From Cyanidioschyzon merolae (taxonomy: Eukaryota): a stretch of DNA of 64,000 bases. The stretch lies in NCBI GenBank assembly GCA_000091205.1, contig AP006487.2; one strand, given 5' to 3'. The translations under genes were made by a program, and so were the position numbers. Every line of letters begins with the position of its first letter. The first letter of the stretch is position 1. A model generated the notes under the pieces. That model did no database searches. It saw nothing but the letters and a program-made list of their open reading frames with translations, and was not told the DNA's origin. This document shows positions 22,230 through 32,400 of the stretch, piece after piece.

Positions 22230-23465
22230 CGCAGCCTTTCTATTTTGGCAAAAATTGGTTTAGATATACAGCCCCGGCATTCGAAGTTTATCAGTATGGG
22301 CTAGCGGATCTACGGGTGGTATTCGGATTCTCGGTCACCTTTACGATGTGGCTCTTTCGACGCTTTGCCGCTGGAATTCGTATATTACCGGAACCGAAAT
22401 GATTCGCAATGGCATCGAATCATGATTCGAAAAATAATCGATGTCGTTCCCCAATTCCTATGTACAAGTCTCTGCACTTGTCTTTTGCTATGTGAAGCGT
22501 GCTCTTGTCACGCATTATGCCAAGTTTTCGAGCTTTCTGTTCCAAGGCGACTCGAGGGCACAGCAGTTTGCGCACCTGAATTCACGACGGAAAGAGAAAA
22601 CGACGTCGTCTCTCGACGGCTCTTTCGCAAGGCTCCTCGCGAACATTCACCCCACTGCTGACGTGAAATTATCGATTCCATGCGAACAACATATGCGTCT
22701 CTCTTGTGGCCGTCGACTAGACGAGATTCCACAACAGCTGGAGACCGCTCACGGGATATGCTTGCAGAGGCGCCCATCTCTTTTTTTTTTGCGTGGAGAA
22801 AGACCCCGGACTCCGACTTGAGACATTCCAGAGATCAGTACCAGTGGGGCGTGCGTCGCTGCTTTGCTTGAAGCAAGTGCAGACGAAGCGAAAGCTCTCG
22901 TCCTGGTCTCGAGCCTGCATTCGCTTTTTCATAATTGTTTCATCATGGTCAACATCGGATTCCACAACTCGTCTACAGAATGGAACAGCGTACGCTTGTT
23001 TGTACCGCGGACAGAGTACTCGCCAATGGTATCGCTCAGAAAAAGTTCATGATCGTTGTGCATTGCACTGGGCAGGAAACCGAGAAGAGCAGCGAGGCGA
23101 AACCTCTGCTCTCTGACCTGGATGTATCGGACGGTAAAGCAAGCATTTTCGCGCCACAATGCAGCACTCGTAGGGGAAAGCGTAGCGGACATGCGGGAAC
23201 ACCCGACCACAACCTCCGGTCACTGCGACGAACGGAGTACCAGGACTATTTCCAGAAGTGATGAACGCAGATGGCGACGCATCGTTCACAGATGCTTTGG
23301 GGTCATGAAATGCGTCAATCACAGCCGCAAGTGTCGAAATCGGTACTCGAACGCTGCCACCAAAATGCTTGGATCGCTGACAACGGACCTGGAAGCGCAG
23401 CAGAGAACCTACTAATCAATGCCGGATATGAAAGATGGGAAAAGCAAGCAGGCATAGAAAACGTT
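22230..23465 (+). pseudogene. TnpB/Fanzor-like RuvC nuclease relic, family II copy 2
   Basis: One frame from 22864 to 23415 is broken by a single stop (~23050). It reads CFIMVNIGFHN (RuvC-I position, N codon 22951-22953), TEYS, NAALVGES, GHCDERSTRT, then KCVNHSRKCRNRYSNAATKML (zinc-ribbon remnant plus RuvC-III position, Y codon 23344-23346). Upstream blocks (ggattctcgg.. at ~22325; RLDEIP) align with copies 1 and 3. Confidence 0.55.
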
Positions 23466-23659
23466 CGCAAAGGCCAATAAGGATGGTATGGAGAAGACAA
23501 CAGCATTTGAATATGTATGCCCGAGTTATAGGGCCCGTTCTGTTTTCTAGTCTTCCAACTCAATTGTGTTTCCCCTCAGATGCGGTGAATAGCAGGAGGT
23601 CGAAATCACGATGGCATGTGTTGTATAGCTTGCAGACGAGGTGACTGTAGGATATATTC

Positions 23660-24500
23660 GTTACTGAATAGTTCAGGGAGAACTGCATTCCTGCTTCGGG
23701 TGAATCATAACACTGTGCTCAGATATCTGAGGAACACTGAAAGAAACAGGTACATGCGTTCCGCGCCAAAACTGGCTCAGTGAAAAACTGCCCGCAATCA
23801 ATCGTATGAAACGGCTCTTTAATCGCCTTACGGAGAACAAAAGCGACGACAGTAGCTGCCAAGAGCGTCTACGTATCTGAATACCTCGTTGGTGCGGTCC
23901 TGAAAATACTTGGGTACAGTCGCATATAAAGTCCAATGTCATTCACGGCCATCTTCAACCGAAATGTCCATTACAGCATTCCAGGGAAGTCGCCATCCGT
24001 ATGAAGCACAGGGATGTGGGTTTGTTTTTCCAGTCGATGAAACTTCCTTCGAACAGAACGGTCAGAGCATGTATAGGTACCCGTGGAGACGGAGCCCGTT
24101 GTATGTGCGATCGAAATCGAAGCGAACTGAGACATCATCACCTGTTCTCGCTACAGTAGATACATTTGGCGGCCTTCGTTTCTCTCCTAGAGAAGGCTCA
24201 TGCAACAGCACCATGCATTTTGTCAAATCACTGAGGACTTTTCTCAGACGCCTGGCGACATCTTTCTATTGGACAACGAGGTATTTCATCTTTCCTCCTC
24301 CGTTCGAGATTTTGCCGATTCTATAGGGATAGGCTTGCTTCTCGTTCCGCCGTACGCTCCGTGATTCAAACCAATCGAACGGGTGTTTCCTATCGTGAAA
24401 CGTAATGATCGCTTCACAGAGCGACTCACTGAAGCGTTCAGCACACGGTGATTCCAGGGCAAATGCCGTCTTGCTTCCGCAAATCCTTCTCGCTCCGAGG
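23660..24500 (+). mobile_element. Tc1/mariner-superfamily (DD34E) transposase relic
   Basis: HTH-like VNHNTVLRYLRN (~23700-23740). First D in VFPVDETSF (gat 24036-24038). Second D in LLDNEVFH (gac 24272-24274). E in LLLVPPYAP*FKPIERVFPIVKR (gaa 24377-24379), 35 codons after D2. In-frame stop and frameshifts present. Confidence 0.6.
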
Positions 24501-24559
24501 GGGGTCCTCTGGCGAGAGCATAAAGGAGTAAGCTCATTTTAAAGAAATTAAGGGATGAG

Positions 24560-25215
24560 CCGGGATGTAAACTCCTGAAGGCCGAAATGGAGGAACGTCA
24601 GCGAAGCACTTCGGATATAGAAAAGCCCGGAGCGCTGTTCGAGCAGCAAATGGCACAGAGGGCACGAGTTCGAGGACTCCGTGCACTGGTGCGTTCAACG
24701 AGCTCCAACAAACGCATGGAGTTCGTGAACAGGGACGAAAACGCTGCTATCAATATCAGACGATTTGCGGTGCCAAAAACGGGACCCGATGAGCAGACCC
24801 GATCCAACGTTGTGGGGTCAGCGTCTCAAACTCGAATTGCATATGGATAAACAGAAACAGGTAGCAGCCGGCAGGCAGGCAGGCAGGCCGTGCAACACTG
24901 GAAGGCGGCAGCACGTCGGTATACATTGAGCGTAACGACGCGAAGCGTTTTCGCTCTGATAACCACATAGCCCAGTCGTCGTATGCTTTTTCTGAGAACC
25001 GTTTCTCGTGATAGTGAAACGCATCGCAGTGGTACTGGTTGCGAATACTTCGCCAGGAAGGGTTTAAAAATCTAGTGACAAGCTGGGGCGTCTCTCCACA
25101 CTCTTGAACGGACACCGGGGACGCCTCCAGTTGCAGCGCACAGTCGTATGAGCTGCTGCCGCGTCGCACTGTACTCTTAAACGGACACGTGGGACACCCT
25201 AAGTTGCAGATCGCG
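24560..25215 (+). pseudogene. TnpB/Fanzor-like relic, family I copy A (3' module plus non-coding tail)
   Basis: AQRARVRGLRALVRSTSSNKRMEFVNRDENAAINIRRFAV (D codon 24734-24736). It aligns at nucleotide level with the copies at 42.2, 48.7 and 54.8 kb. Downstream, ~24900-25215 shares diverged blocks with the tail of copy B (cgctct..catagcc; acggacacgtgg). Confidence 0.55.
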
Positions 25216-25276
25216 TACCGCTTGTGGCTCTTCGGTGCACCAGCTGAACGCCAGGCTCTCAGGCAGAGGGCGAGCG

Positions 25277-27349
25277 ATGCGACAGCAAACGAACGCAACG
25301 GAGCTACCAGCATGGAAGCACCGAGACGAAATCATCCACGCCGTCAAGAACCACGTTGTTGTGCTTCTACTAGGCACCACTGGTTGCGGCAAGACAACAC
25401 TCGTGCCCCGCTTCCTCGATGAACAGGGCTTCGGTCCCGTCGCGATAGCGCAGCCACGTCGCTTGGCAGCCATCAGCGTCGCCAGACGCGTCAGTCAGGA
25501 GCTATCCTGTCGACTCGGAACATACGTGGGGTATGCAGTCCGCTTCGACGACTGCTCCGATCCCGAGAAAACTCGTTTGCGGTACGCCACAAGTGGTGTA
25601 CTCTTGCGCGAGGCCATCAGCGATCCGCTTTTTCGTCGCTATGGGTCTCTGGTCATCGATGAAGTACACGAACGTCTCATACAGACGGACATTTTAATGG
25701 CGGTTGCACGTCGAGCGCTTATCGAACGCCGCAAGCAGCCGACCTGTGCGACGGACGCTTTCCGGGTGGTGCTCATGTCAGCAGCAGTGGACGTGACGAC
25801 GCTATTGCGCTACTTTCAAAGCGCAGCGATCGGGCCGGTCAGCGTGTGTTCGATACCAGGGAACCTCCATCCGGTCGATATTCTCTACACAGCGGACTAC
25901 TGCGCAGAGCATCTGGATGCGGCGTTGAACCTGGTCCTTCAACTTCATCTCCATCTGGAAAACGTGCCTGGGGATATTCTAGTATTTCTAACTGGCCAAG
26001 AGGAGATCGAACTCGCCGTCAAGCTACTCCCAGAAAGGCTCCGGCGACGGGGTCCGGGAAGCGCGCCGCTCTTTGCGGTACCCTTGTACGCTACGTTGCC
26101 TCCAGCGCAGCAGCTAGCTGCGATCAATCAGAGCCGTCCGCAGACGCTTGGATCCGTTGCTGCTCGCAAGGTCATTTTCGCGACCAATGTTGCCGAGACA
26201 TCGCTGACGATTCCCGGAGTGCGTTTTGTTATCGATACAGGCTTGAGCAAACAACGCATCCTGGATCCATCCCTGGATGCGGATGTTTTGCAGGTTCGTC
26301 CCATTAGTCGAGCACAAGCCTTGCAACGGGCGGGGCGCGCTGGACGCGAAGCCGGCGGTGGCATCTGCATTCGGCTCTATCCAGAGACGCTGTGGCCAAA
26401 GCTCAGCGCGTATCCAGTCCCCGAACTATGCCGTTGCGATCTGGCGAGCACACTCTTGCAACTGTATGCCATGGGTATGGATCAGCCCTGGAAACTGCCG
26501 CTTGTGAATCCACCACCGCGATCCAGCATGGAACGCGCACTTGTTCACTTGCACGAGCTTGAAGCCCTGGACGATCAACTTCAACTGGACCCGCTGCTCG
26601 GTCGACAGATGGCTGGCCTGCCGTTGGAGCCGATGGAAGCGCGTATGGTGTTGGCCGCCAAGGCGCTGCACGAGCCTATGGTGCTCTCCCAGGTAGTGGA
26701 GATTGCAGCGATGCTCAGTGTGGATGCATGGAGCAGTGGACTCTTGGTTGTGCTGCCCGGGGAGCGCCGGATCGATGTTCAGAGGCACTGGCAGCAGCTC
26801 TTTGTCGAGGAGCGTGCTGGCGACCTCGTTACCGCTGGGCGCATACTGCACCAGTATCTGCAGCAGGCACCGCCGCTGCGAAAGCGCTGGTGCATCCAGC
26901 ATCATCTCAATGAACGTTTGCTGTCCGCTGCTGCAGATGCTTTCACTCAACTCATGCAGCTGCTGGAGTGCACCCCGCTATACGCAGCGAATGCGCCGCA
27001 GCTGGACGCGTTGGCAGCGCAGGTCTCTGCGAGCATACCTGCGGAAGTCTCAACGAGAGAACGATTGTTGGAGCTCGTTCAAAGATGTATCTGTGTGGGT
27101 TTCTTCCGGCATGCAGCGCGTCGGGAAGGTCAGCGATCCTATCGGATCATCCGTACAGGGTATCATCCTGTCGCTCTACATCCGTCATCGCTGTACGCCA
27201 GCGGTGCATATCCCGAGTGGATTGTTTATCGAGATTTCATCTACACAAATAAGCCCTATTTACGAGGCATCACTGCGTGTGAGCCCATGTGGATCCAGAG
27301 TAGTCGCTGCTCGACAGCGACGTTTGCATCTCGCGAAGCCTGCAGGTGA
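25277..27349 (+). CDS. DEAH-box RNA helicase (DHX family)
   Basis: GTTGCGKTT (motif I), IDEVHER (DEAH), FLTGQEEIE, TNVAETSLTIPGVRFVIDTG, QRAGRAGRE, plus an HA2/OB-like C-terminal region. Track start 25235 is GTG; the first ATG is 25277. Confidence 0.9.
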   Translation: MRQQTNATELPAWKHRDEIIHAVKNHVVVLLLGTTGCGKTTLVPRFLDEQGFGPVAIAQPRRLAAISVARRVSQELSCRLGTYVGYAVRFDDCSDPEKTRLRYATSGVLLREAISDPLFRRYGSLVIDEVHERLIQTDILMAVARRALIERRKQPTCATDAFRVVLMSAAVDVTTLLRYFQSAAIGPVSVCSIPGNLHPVDILYTADYCAEHLDAALNLVLQLHLHLENVPGDILVFLTGQEEIELAVKLLPERLRRRGPGSAPLFAVPLYATLPPAQQLAAINQSRPQTLGSVAARKVIFATNVAETSLTIPGVRFVIDTGLSKQRILDPSLDADVLQVRPISRAQALQRAGRAGREAGGGICIRLYPETLWPKLSAYPVPELCRCDLASTLLQLYAMGMDQPWKLPLVNPPPRSSMERALVHLHELEALDDQLQLDPLLGRQMAGLPLEPMEARMVLAAKALHEPMVLSQVVEIAAMLSVDAWSSGLLVVLPGERRIDVQRHWQQLFVEERAGDLVTAGRILHQYLQQAPPLRKRWCIQHHLNERLLSAAADAFTQLMQLLECTPLYAANAPQLDALAAQVSASIPAEVSTRERLLELVQRCICVGFFRHAARREGQRSYRIIRTGYHPVALHPSSLYASGAYPEWIVYRDFIYTNKPYLRGITACEPMWIQSSRCSTATFASREACR

Positions 27350-27414
27350 CGCGGAGAGCCGCATGCGTCTTCCGAGGCCAACGATGGGTGTCATCGAGGG
27401 TATTCTAGTTCATG

Positions 27415-28170
27415 CTAAATGCATGGAACACTGACGTCTTCTTTCCAGATAGGTACATAGCGCTTGAGAGCCTCAAGCGCCAGACGTACGCTCTCCACTG
27501 AGGGGCCAGTCACCAGCACGGAGACGGAACCCACGGGCACGCTTCCTGCAACAGTATGGACAAACATGTGGAGGTTTTGTTCTGCAGCGATGCGATGTAT
27601 GTAGAGCATTGCCATTTCTCTGTAACTTTCGTAAACAAGTGCCGACACGACCCTATCGCTGGAAAGTCGATCCTTGCGTACCAGACCACAAAAGCTCACT
27701 GCTGCGTTTTCAGCTTTCTTCAAGTACGCTGGGGGCACAGGCTCTTCGAGCAAAGCGACCTGCGGTATCTGCAAACTCTCTGTCCCGGTTTGAGAGGGCG
27801 CTTGTGCACCATAACCGGACAAGAGGCATTCTTTCTCGAAAACGGGATCATCTTGACTCGACTTCTGAAACTCCAGACCGCGCCCATGGTCGCTTCGTTC
27901 CATTGGAGTGCGTCCGTTCGCAGGAAGGCGATCCCAGTACTGTGGCTTTTCGAGACCAAGACTTGGCTCCTCTTCCCTTGCTTCCATCGGAACGCATCTG
28001 TTGATCAAAAAACTCTTCAACACGGTCCATGCCTCTTGACGGTGACTCGTCGCAACCACGAGCTGCTCTTCACCGACCGCGCACCGGACGACTGCCCCAA
28101 CGTTTTCTCGTGAGACTCGCTGAATCACTTCGTCGAAACTGATTGAAGCAGGCAGCCTGTAGACAGTCAT
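27415..28170 (-). CDS. Molybdopterin synthase catalytic subunit (MoaE/MOCS2B-like) with large internal insertion
   Basis: N-terminal ISFDEVIQRVSRENVGAVVRCAVG matches MOCS2B LSVDEVSQLV..GAISLFVG. C-terminal LVYESYREMA .. GSVPVGSVSVLV .. LEALKRYVPIWKED matches LEYEAY..MA .. VPVSEASIII .. LKAKVPIWKKE. About 110 residues between the two parts have no counterpart. Confidence 0.65.
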   Translation of the reverse strand: MTVYRLPASISFDEVIQRVSRENVGAVVRCAVGEEQLVVATSHRQEAWTVLKSFLINRCVPMEAREEEPSLGLEKPQYWDRLPANGRTPMERSDHGRGLEFQKSSQDDPVFEKECLLSGYGAQAPSQTGTESLQIPQVALLEEPVPPAYLKKAENAAVSFCGLVRKDRLSSDRVVSALVYESYREMAMLYIHRIAAEQNLHMFVHTVAGSVPVGSVSVLVTGPSVESVRLALEALKRYVPIWKEDVSVPCI

Positions 28171-28334
28171 AGAGAGCGTTCCCCAACGTAGGTCAACGCA
28201 CCGCTCAGTGACGGTCTTTAGAACAGCGGGTCTACGGTCTGCAGTGCTCCGTTCCTGTAACGTTGCTCTGCAGCCGCATTCGTACTGACGCTAGAGAGTA
28301 TCGCGGTTCGCTGGGACTCGGGCCAAGCCGACCT

Positions 28335-29444
28335 ATGACCGCGGGGCACGACCCAGAACAAACTAAACGCTCTGGGGGCCTGACGGTGCTCTGGTTGACG
28401 GGCTCTGCAATAGCACTGCGACTGATAACCCTTCCACTGGAGGCCTACCAGGCCCGTCAGTGGCTACGCTTGCGTGAGGCGCAACGACTCGCTTCCGCTG
28501 CCTACCAACTGCTGACCCGTTCGAGCCAAGTACAACTGAATCATCGGACCAGTGCCTCGAACGATGACCTTCTTTCGAGTTTGACGTGCTTGCAACGAAA
28601 AGCGTTACAACGGTACGGCACAAGTCGCTGGAGAGCGCTTGTACCTTGGGGACGCGTTGTCGGCTTGCCAGCTTTTGTCTTCGCTGCACTGCGAGTTCGA
28701 CAGCTCGCTTTGGCAGGTGACCTTGGCGGGACGCTGCCGGGTCTTTGGTTGAAAGATCTCTCCGAACCGGATCCCTTTTACTTGCTGCCGTTATGCAATA
28801 TGGTGCTCATGTTGCGGAACTTGGAGTACAGCTTCCCCTTGATGCCTTTCAGTAAGGCCGGAAATACCTCTGCTGAAACGCGATCGCCTCCTACACAGCA
28901 GTACTGGCTACAGAGCCAGTCGCTGAAAGTGTTGCTCCAAGGTGCGGTGCTCGTGATAACGCCGGGGGTCGTGAACCTGCCCTCGGCGGTGTTGCTCTTC
29001 TGGTTGACAAACTCGTGCATTCAGACGGCACTGACGAGCGCATGGTGGCGCCAACGATGGCACCGATGGATACAGCAGACCGCGCTACCTGATAAGCAAC
29101 GCGAACTAGACAAGTTCAGCGATTCAAAGGAGGAGCCTGCAAACCGTCTTGAGGCGCAGCTCGATCAGGCACTGGATCAGGCTAGCAGAGAGATACGCTG
29201 GGTCAACCGAGCAATTGCTGATGTTGTTCGACATCGACCAGTCACGCCATCCTTGCTGAAACAGGTAGAGTTTGAGCTGCAGCGCTGGCGAGCACGAAGG
29301 CTTATTCAGCTGCCATGGCGCGCAACTGTTCGTGACGCCCCGTCCGGGAGGCCGATGTTGGCCCTGTATCTTGAGAGCTCGGGTTCAGAGGGCGAGCACG
29401 CTGCGGCTTCCGAAACCCCGAGCAGTGCCTCTGTAAAGCACTGA
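28335..29444 (+). CDS. Oxa1/YidC/Alb3-family membrane insertase, putative
   Basis: LWLTGSAIALRLITLPLEAYQ (the family's ..iR..t.Pl.. helix) and GLWLKDLSEPDPFYLLPLCNMVLMLRNLE (G..W..DL...DP.y.LP). C-terminal coiled-coil tail. Track start is TTG; the first ATG is 28335. Confidence 0.55.
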   Translation: MTAGHDPEQTKRSGGLTVLWLTGSAIALRLITLPLEAYQARQWLRLREAQRLASAAYQLLTRSSQVQLNHRTSASNDDLLSSLTCLQRKALQRYGTSRWRALVPWGRVVGLPAFVFAALRVRQLALAGDLGGTLPGLWLKDLSEPDPFYLLPLCNMVLMLRNLEYSFPLMPFSKAGNTSAETRSPPTQQYWLQSQSLKVLLQGAVLVITPGVVNLPSAVLLFWLTNSCIQTALTSAWWRQRWHRWIQQTALPDKQRELDKFSDSKEEPANRLEAQLDQALDQASREIRWVNRAIADVVRHRPVTPSLLKQVEFELQRWRARRLIQLPWRATVRDAPSGRPMLALYLESSGSEGEHAAASETPSSASVKH

Positions 29445-32400
29445 CGCCACAGGCAGTACAACCGAGCATTTTGCCAGCAGCACCGCGCATGAGACGCAAA
29501 TCTACAGTTGTTGTGGCTGCATTCCTGTGCAATGACGACGGTTCCTCAGTGTATCGATCTGGACCTGGAATGTACTACGAAATGCTGCAAGCATCGAAGC
29601 GATGCTGTGTCGATATGCACCGGTTCCCCGCTGTATTCATATGCTCGATTCGTGCGGGACACGTGGAGGCTTCGACTCTCTGCGCCACCCTGAACAGAGA
29701 GCGTGCCCGCTACCTATCGCTTGTTACTTGCTACCGGTCTGGTTGGAGCGCTTTCATTGATCTCCTGGGGAACGCAGGAAAAAAGACCAGTTCGAGTCTG
29801 GCAATTGGAAAAGCGTGCCCCAAGTTTGACGCCCGTCTGAAGCATGCCATCACATCCTACGTCGCTGCTAAGGTCGTTTTCCGAATAATTAATTTCAGTT
29901 GGGGCTGCGTCGCCAAGCCGCGGACCCCGGATTTTTACTACTGTATCCATAGCGAACAGCGTAGTGCACTCCACTATAGGAAAACGACGAGTTGAGAGTC
30001 TCCTTTGGCACCTTGCTGACTATGATTTGGATTGCGAACTCCATGTGGAGTCGGTGCTGATCCGTTTTGCGCCAAGGAACAGCAAGTGTTCCATCCTTTT
30101 CCATAAGTGCTGTGGTGCAACGAACCACTTCAGCGAGCTCGAGTTGTAGAATCTCTTCGACAGTCCCTGTATACAGAGCAACTGCCTCTACTGCGCCAGC
30201 AAATGCGCTGATTGCGACTACGCAAGCGGTTCCCTGCTGACCGCAACACTGTGCAAGCGATGCTCAAGATACCGAGCGGTGCTCGGTACGTCCAAGATTC
30301 ACAGCTCCCAAGCTGTCGATTTCGCTTCAGAAAGCTGATCAAGTGGATGCTCCGTACAGCTGCGATTCGTAATGCAAACAAAGCACCAGGATACGCCTCG
30401 AGCGACATTGACCACAGACAGCTTGTAAATATGTCGCGATCGAGTCTATACATCGACTTTAGGGCAATTTGGGTTGAACGTGGGCATATTGCGCCACCCT
30501 CTTGCGCATCTGAGAGCACACCAGCACCCCAAGCATTCGACGCATAGAGGAATAGATCGCAGGCGTCGGGATCAAGCCGTGCCGCTTCCGCATGTCCGGA
30601 ATTTTTGCCGGCGATTGGCCAGATGCACGCTGCTACTACTGGAGCCAGCGCCTGCAGTATCTTGAGTAATCGTCAATTCCTGAGATGTTTTTGGTTGCAA
30701 TCAGAGCAGCGAATGTCCGATTACCCGTACCAGCACGCTCTTTTGGTTATTGTTTGGTTTTCTTGCAGGTATTCGATAAAAAGAATGCATCGTGTCGATC
30801 CGATTACAGTCGCTGGATGAATTGGTATTGTCTGTGGTAGCTCGCGAAAAGAACGGCCCCACCTGTGCCTGTCCTTCTATAATGAACTGGGGCATGAACC
30901 GCTTTTCTCATCGCTCTGATCCGACACGTCAGTCTCCCGCAGTAGAACCCTCCAGAACCTCTCTTCGACTGTTTCCTTGCCGATTGATTGTGTAGCGTAC
31001 TTGGATGAAGAAATACTACCAAAGTCACCGCTGGATTTTGACGCCTCCGTACCGCTAATGACAACGGTGATGAAGAGACCCAGAAATACGAATCGAAAAG
31101 CACGCCTGTATGCTAGATAGTCACGCGTCGAAGAGCGCAAGACTGATCTCGTCGTGAAACGCGAGCGCTTATCACAGGACGAACGAGAGTTCATCTCGTG
31201 CAACGAAATGTCCTTCGGGGGAAATGGTACACCTGCACTTGGCTACGCAAACCGGAGCAAACCACTGTTCTGAAAGACGAGCGAAACGGGACGGACGACA
31301 ACACCAGCCCTAGCAGCGATTTAATCCCTTGATCACCGAATCGTCGCCGAACGGACAAGATCGTTCAACAACTCGTGCTTGGTCGACGTATTCTGTGGCT
31401 TCTTTTTTCCCATTTTGTTCCGTCCGGCTCGTAGGTATCATCGGATTGCGTCAATCAGGAGCGGTCAAGGACACCGCAGCTGGCATCGCAGTTGAGCTGG
31501 TCTCTGTGCTGGCTTGTTTTCTCTGGCTCAATCGAAACGAATTCGTTTTTCCAAGACATCCCAGAGCATTTCTATGTTCATCGATGATTAAACGAATCTT
31601 TCGCGTTCGCGACACCAAAATATGCTGCGTACTTTTACGGATCGCAACCCCCCTTCACCGCGCTCGTCTTGCCTGGCTTTTCTGTTTCCTGCCTCGACGC
31701 GTCTCCTCAACCGATTGTTCATACAAGTTTCGGAAGCGAGATCGCCAGTTGTCTACACTCCACTCGATTTTTCGATCAAACCTTCGCGCGACAACACGAC
31801 ACAAATGTTCAGAGCAGATGATGCGATTCGACGTGAGCGAGGCATCAGCGTTTTGCGCATATGCGTACCAGCATATCTTGCCGCGTCGCCGCGCCATCTC
31901 GACGATCGAAGTATGTGAGGTGCCGGTCCTAAAACGTACCAGGCAAACCTCAGAAAGCAACATCATGTCCGGGTTCAGTTCGGGCGCTTTATGAGGCGCG
32001 CATTGTCGACGTTTTCCAGTCATGGTACTGGCCCAGAAAAGTGGGCACTGTTTGAAGGTATGCTACCGTTCAGAGAGAACACGAGCGATCAAGCGGCGCA
32101 CGCGGACGATCGTTACGGGGCGTTCATACGAGCGCGCGGAGGTCACCAACAGTTTCGGTTGTACAGAAGCAAGAAGCGTACATGCACTCACTTCGACTAA
32201 GAGTTGTAAACGAAAATCTCCGATATGTCGTGTGGTTGGGTGCCAGGCAATGGCGCTGGAAGCACTGGAGCGCGCGATGACTGCACCCTTGCGGACTTGT
32301 GGACGGCGTCCAACGAGTGCGGGAATCGATTCCATACGACTCCCGTAGATGCATTCAGGACGATGCCCTCGCATCAATAGCATGGGTGCTCAATGAAACA

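Noticed and set aside
22929-23210. Alternative reading of family II on the opposite strand (LFLSDTIGEYSVRGT..SVDELWNPM, shared with 19390-19644 and 59652-60182) as a separate conserved protein
   Set aside because: Conservation is at nucleotide level, so both strands show similar peptides. Only the other strand and frame yields the ordered TnpB landmarks (RuvC-I-like, DE..T, C-x2-C, N-R-x-x-N-A-A). I keep that reading.
30100-31203. Possible class-3 lipase / alpha-beta hydrolase on the minus strand (signal anchor, ..HSFY.., VLVRVIGHSL, later VPWRK..HMEF)
   Set aside because: The GHSLGG nucleophile elbow is cut by a stop straight after GHSLL. The pieces are in different frames, and the similarity is only a few residues long. 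At most it is a decayed pseudogene, and it is not supportable as a feature.
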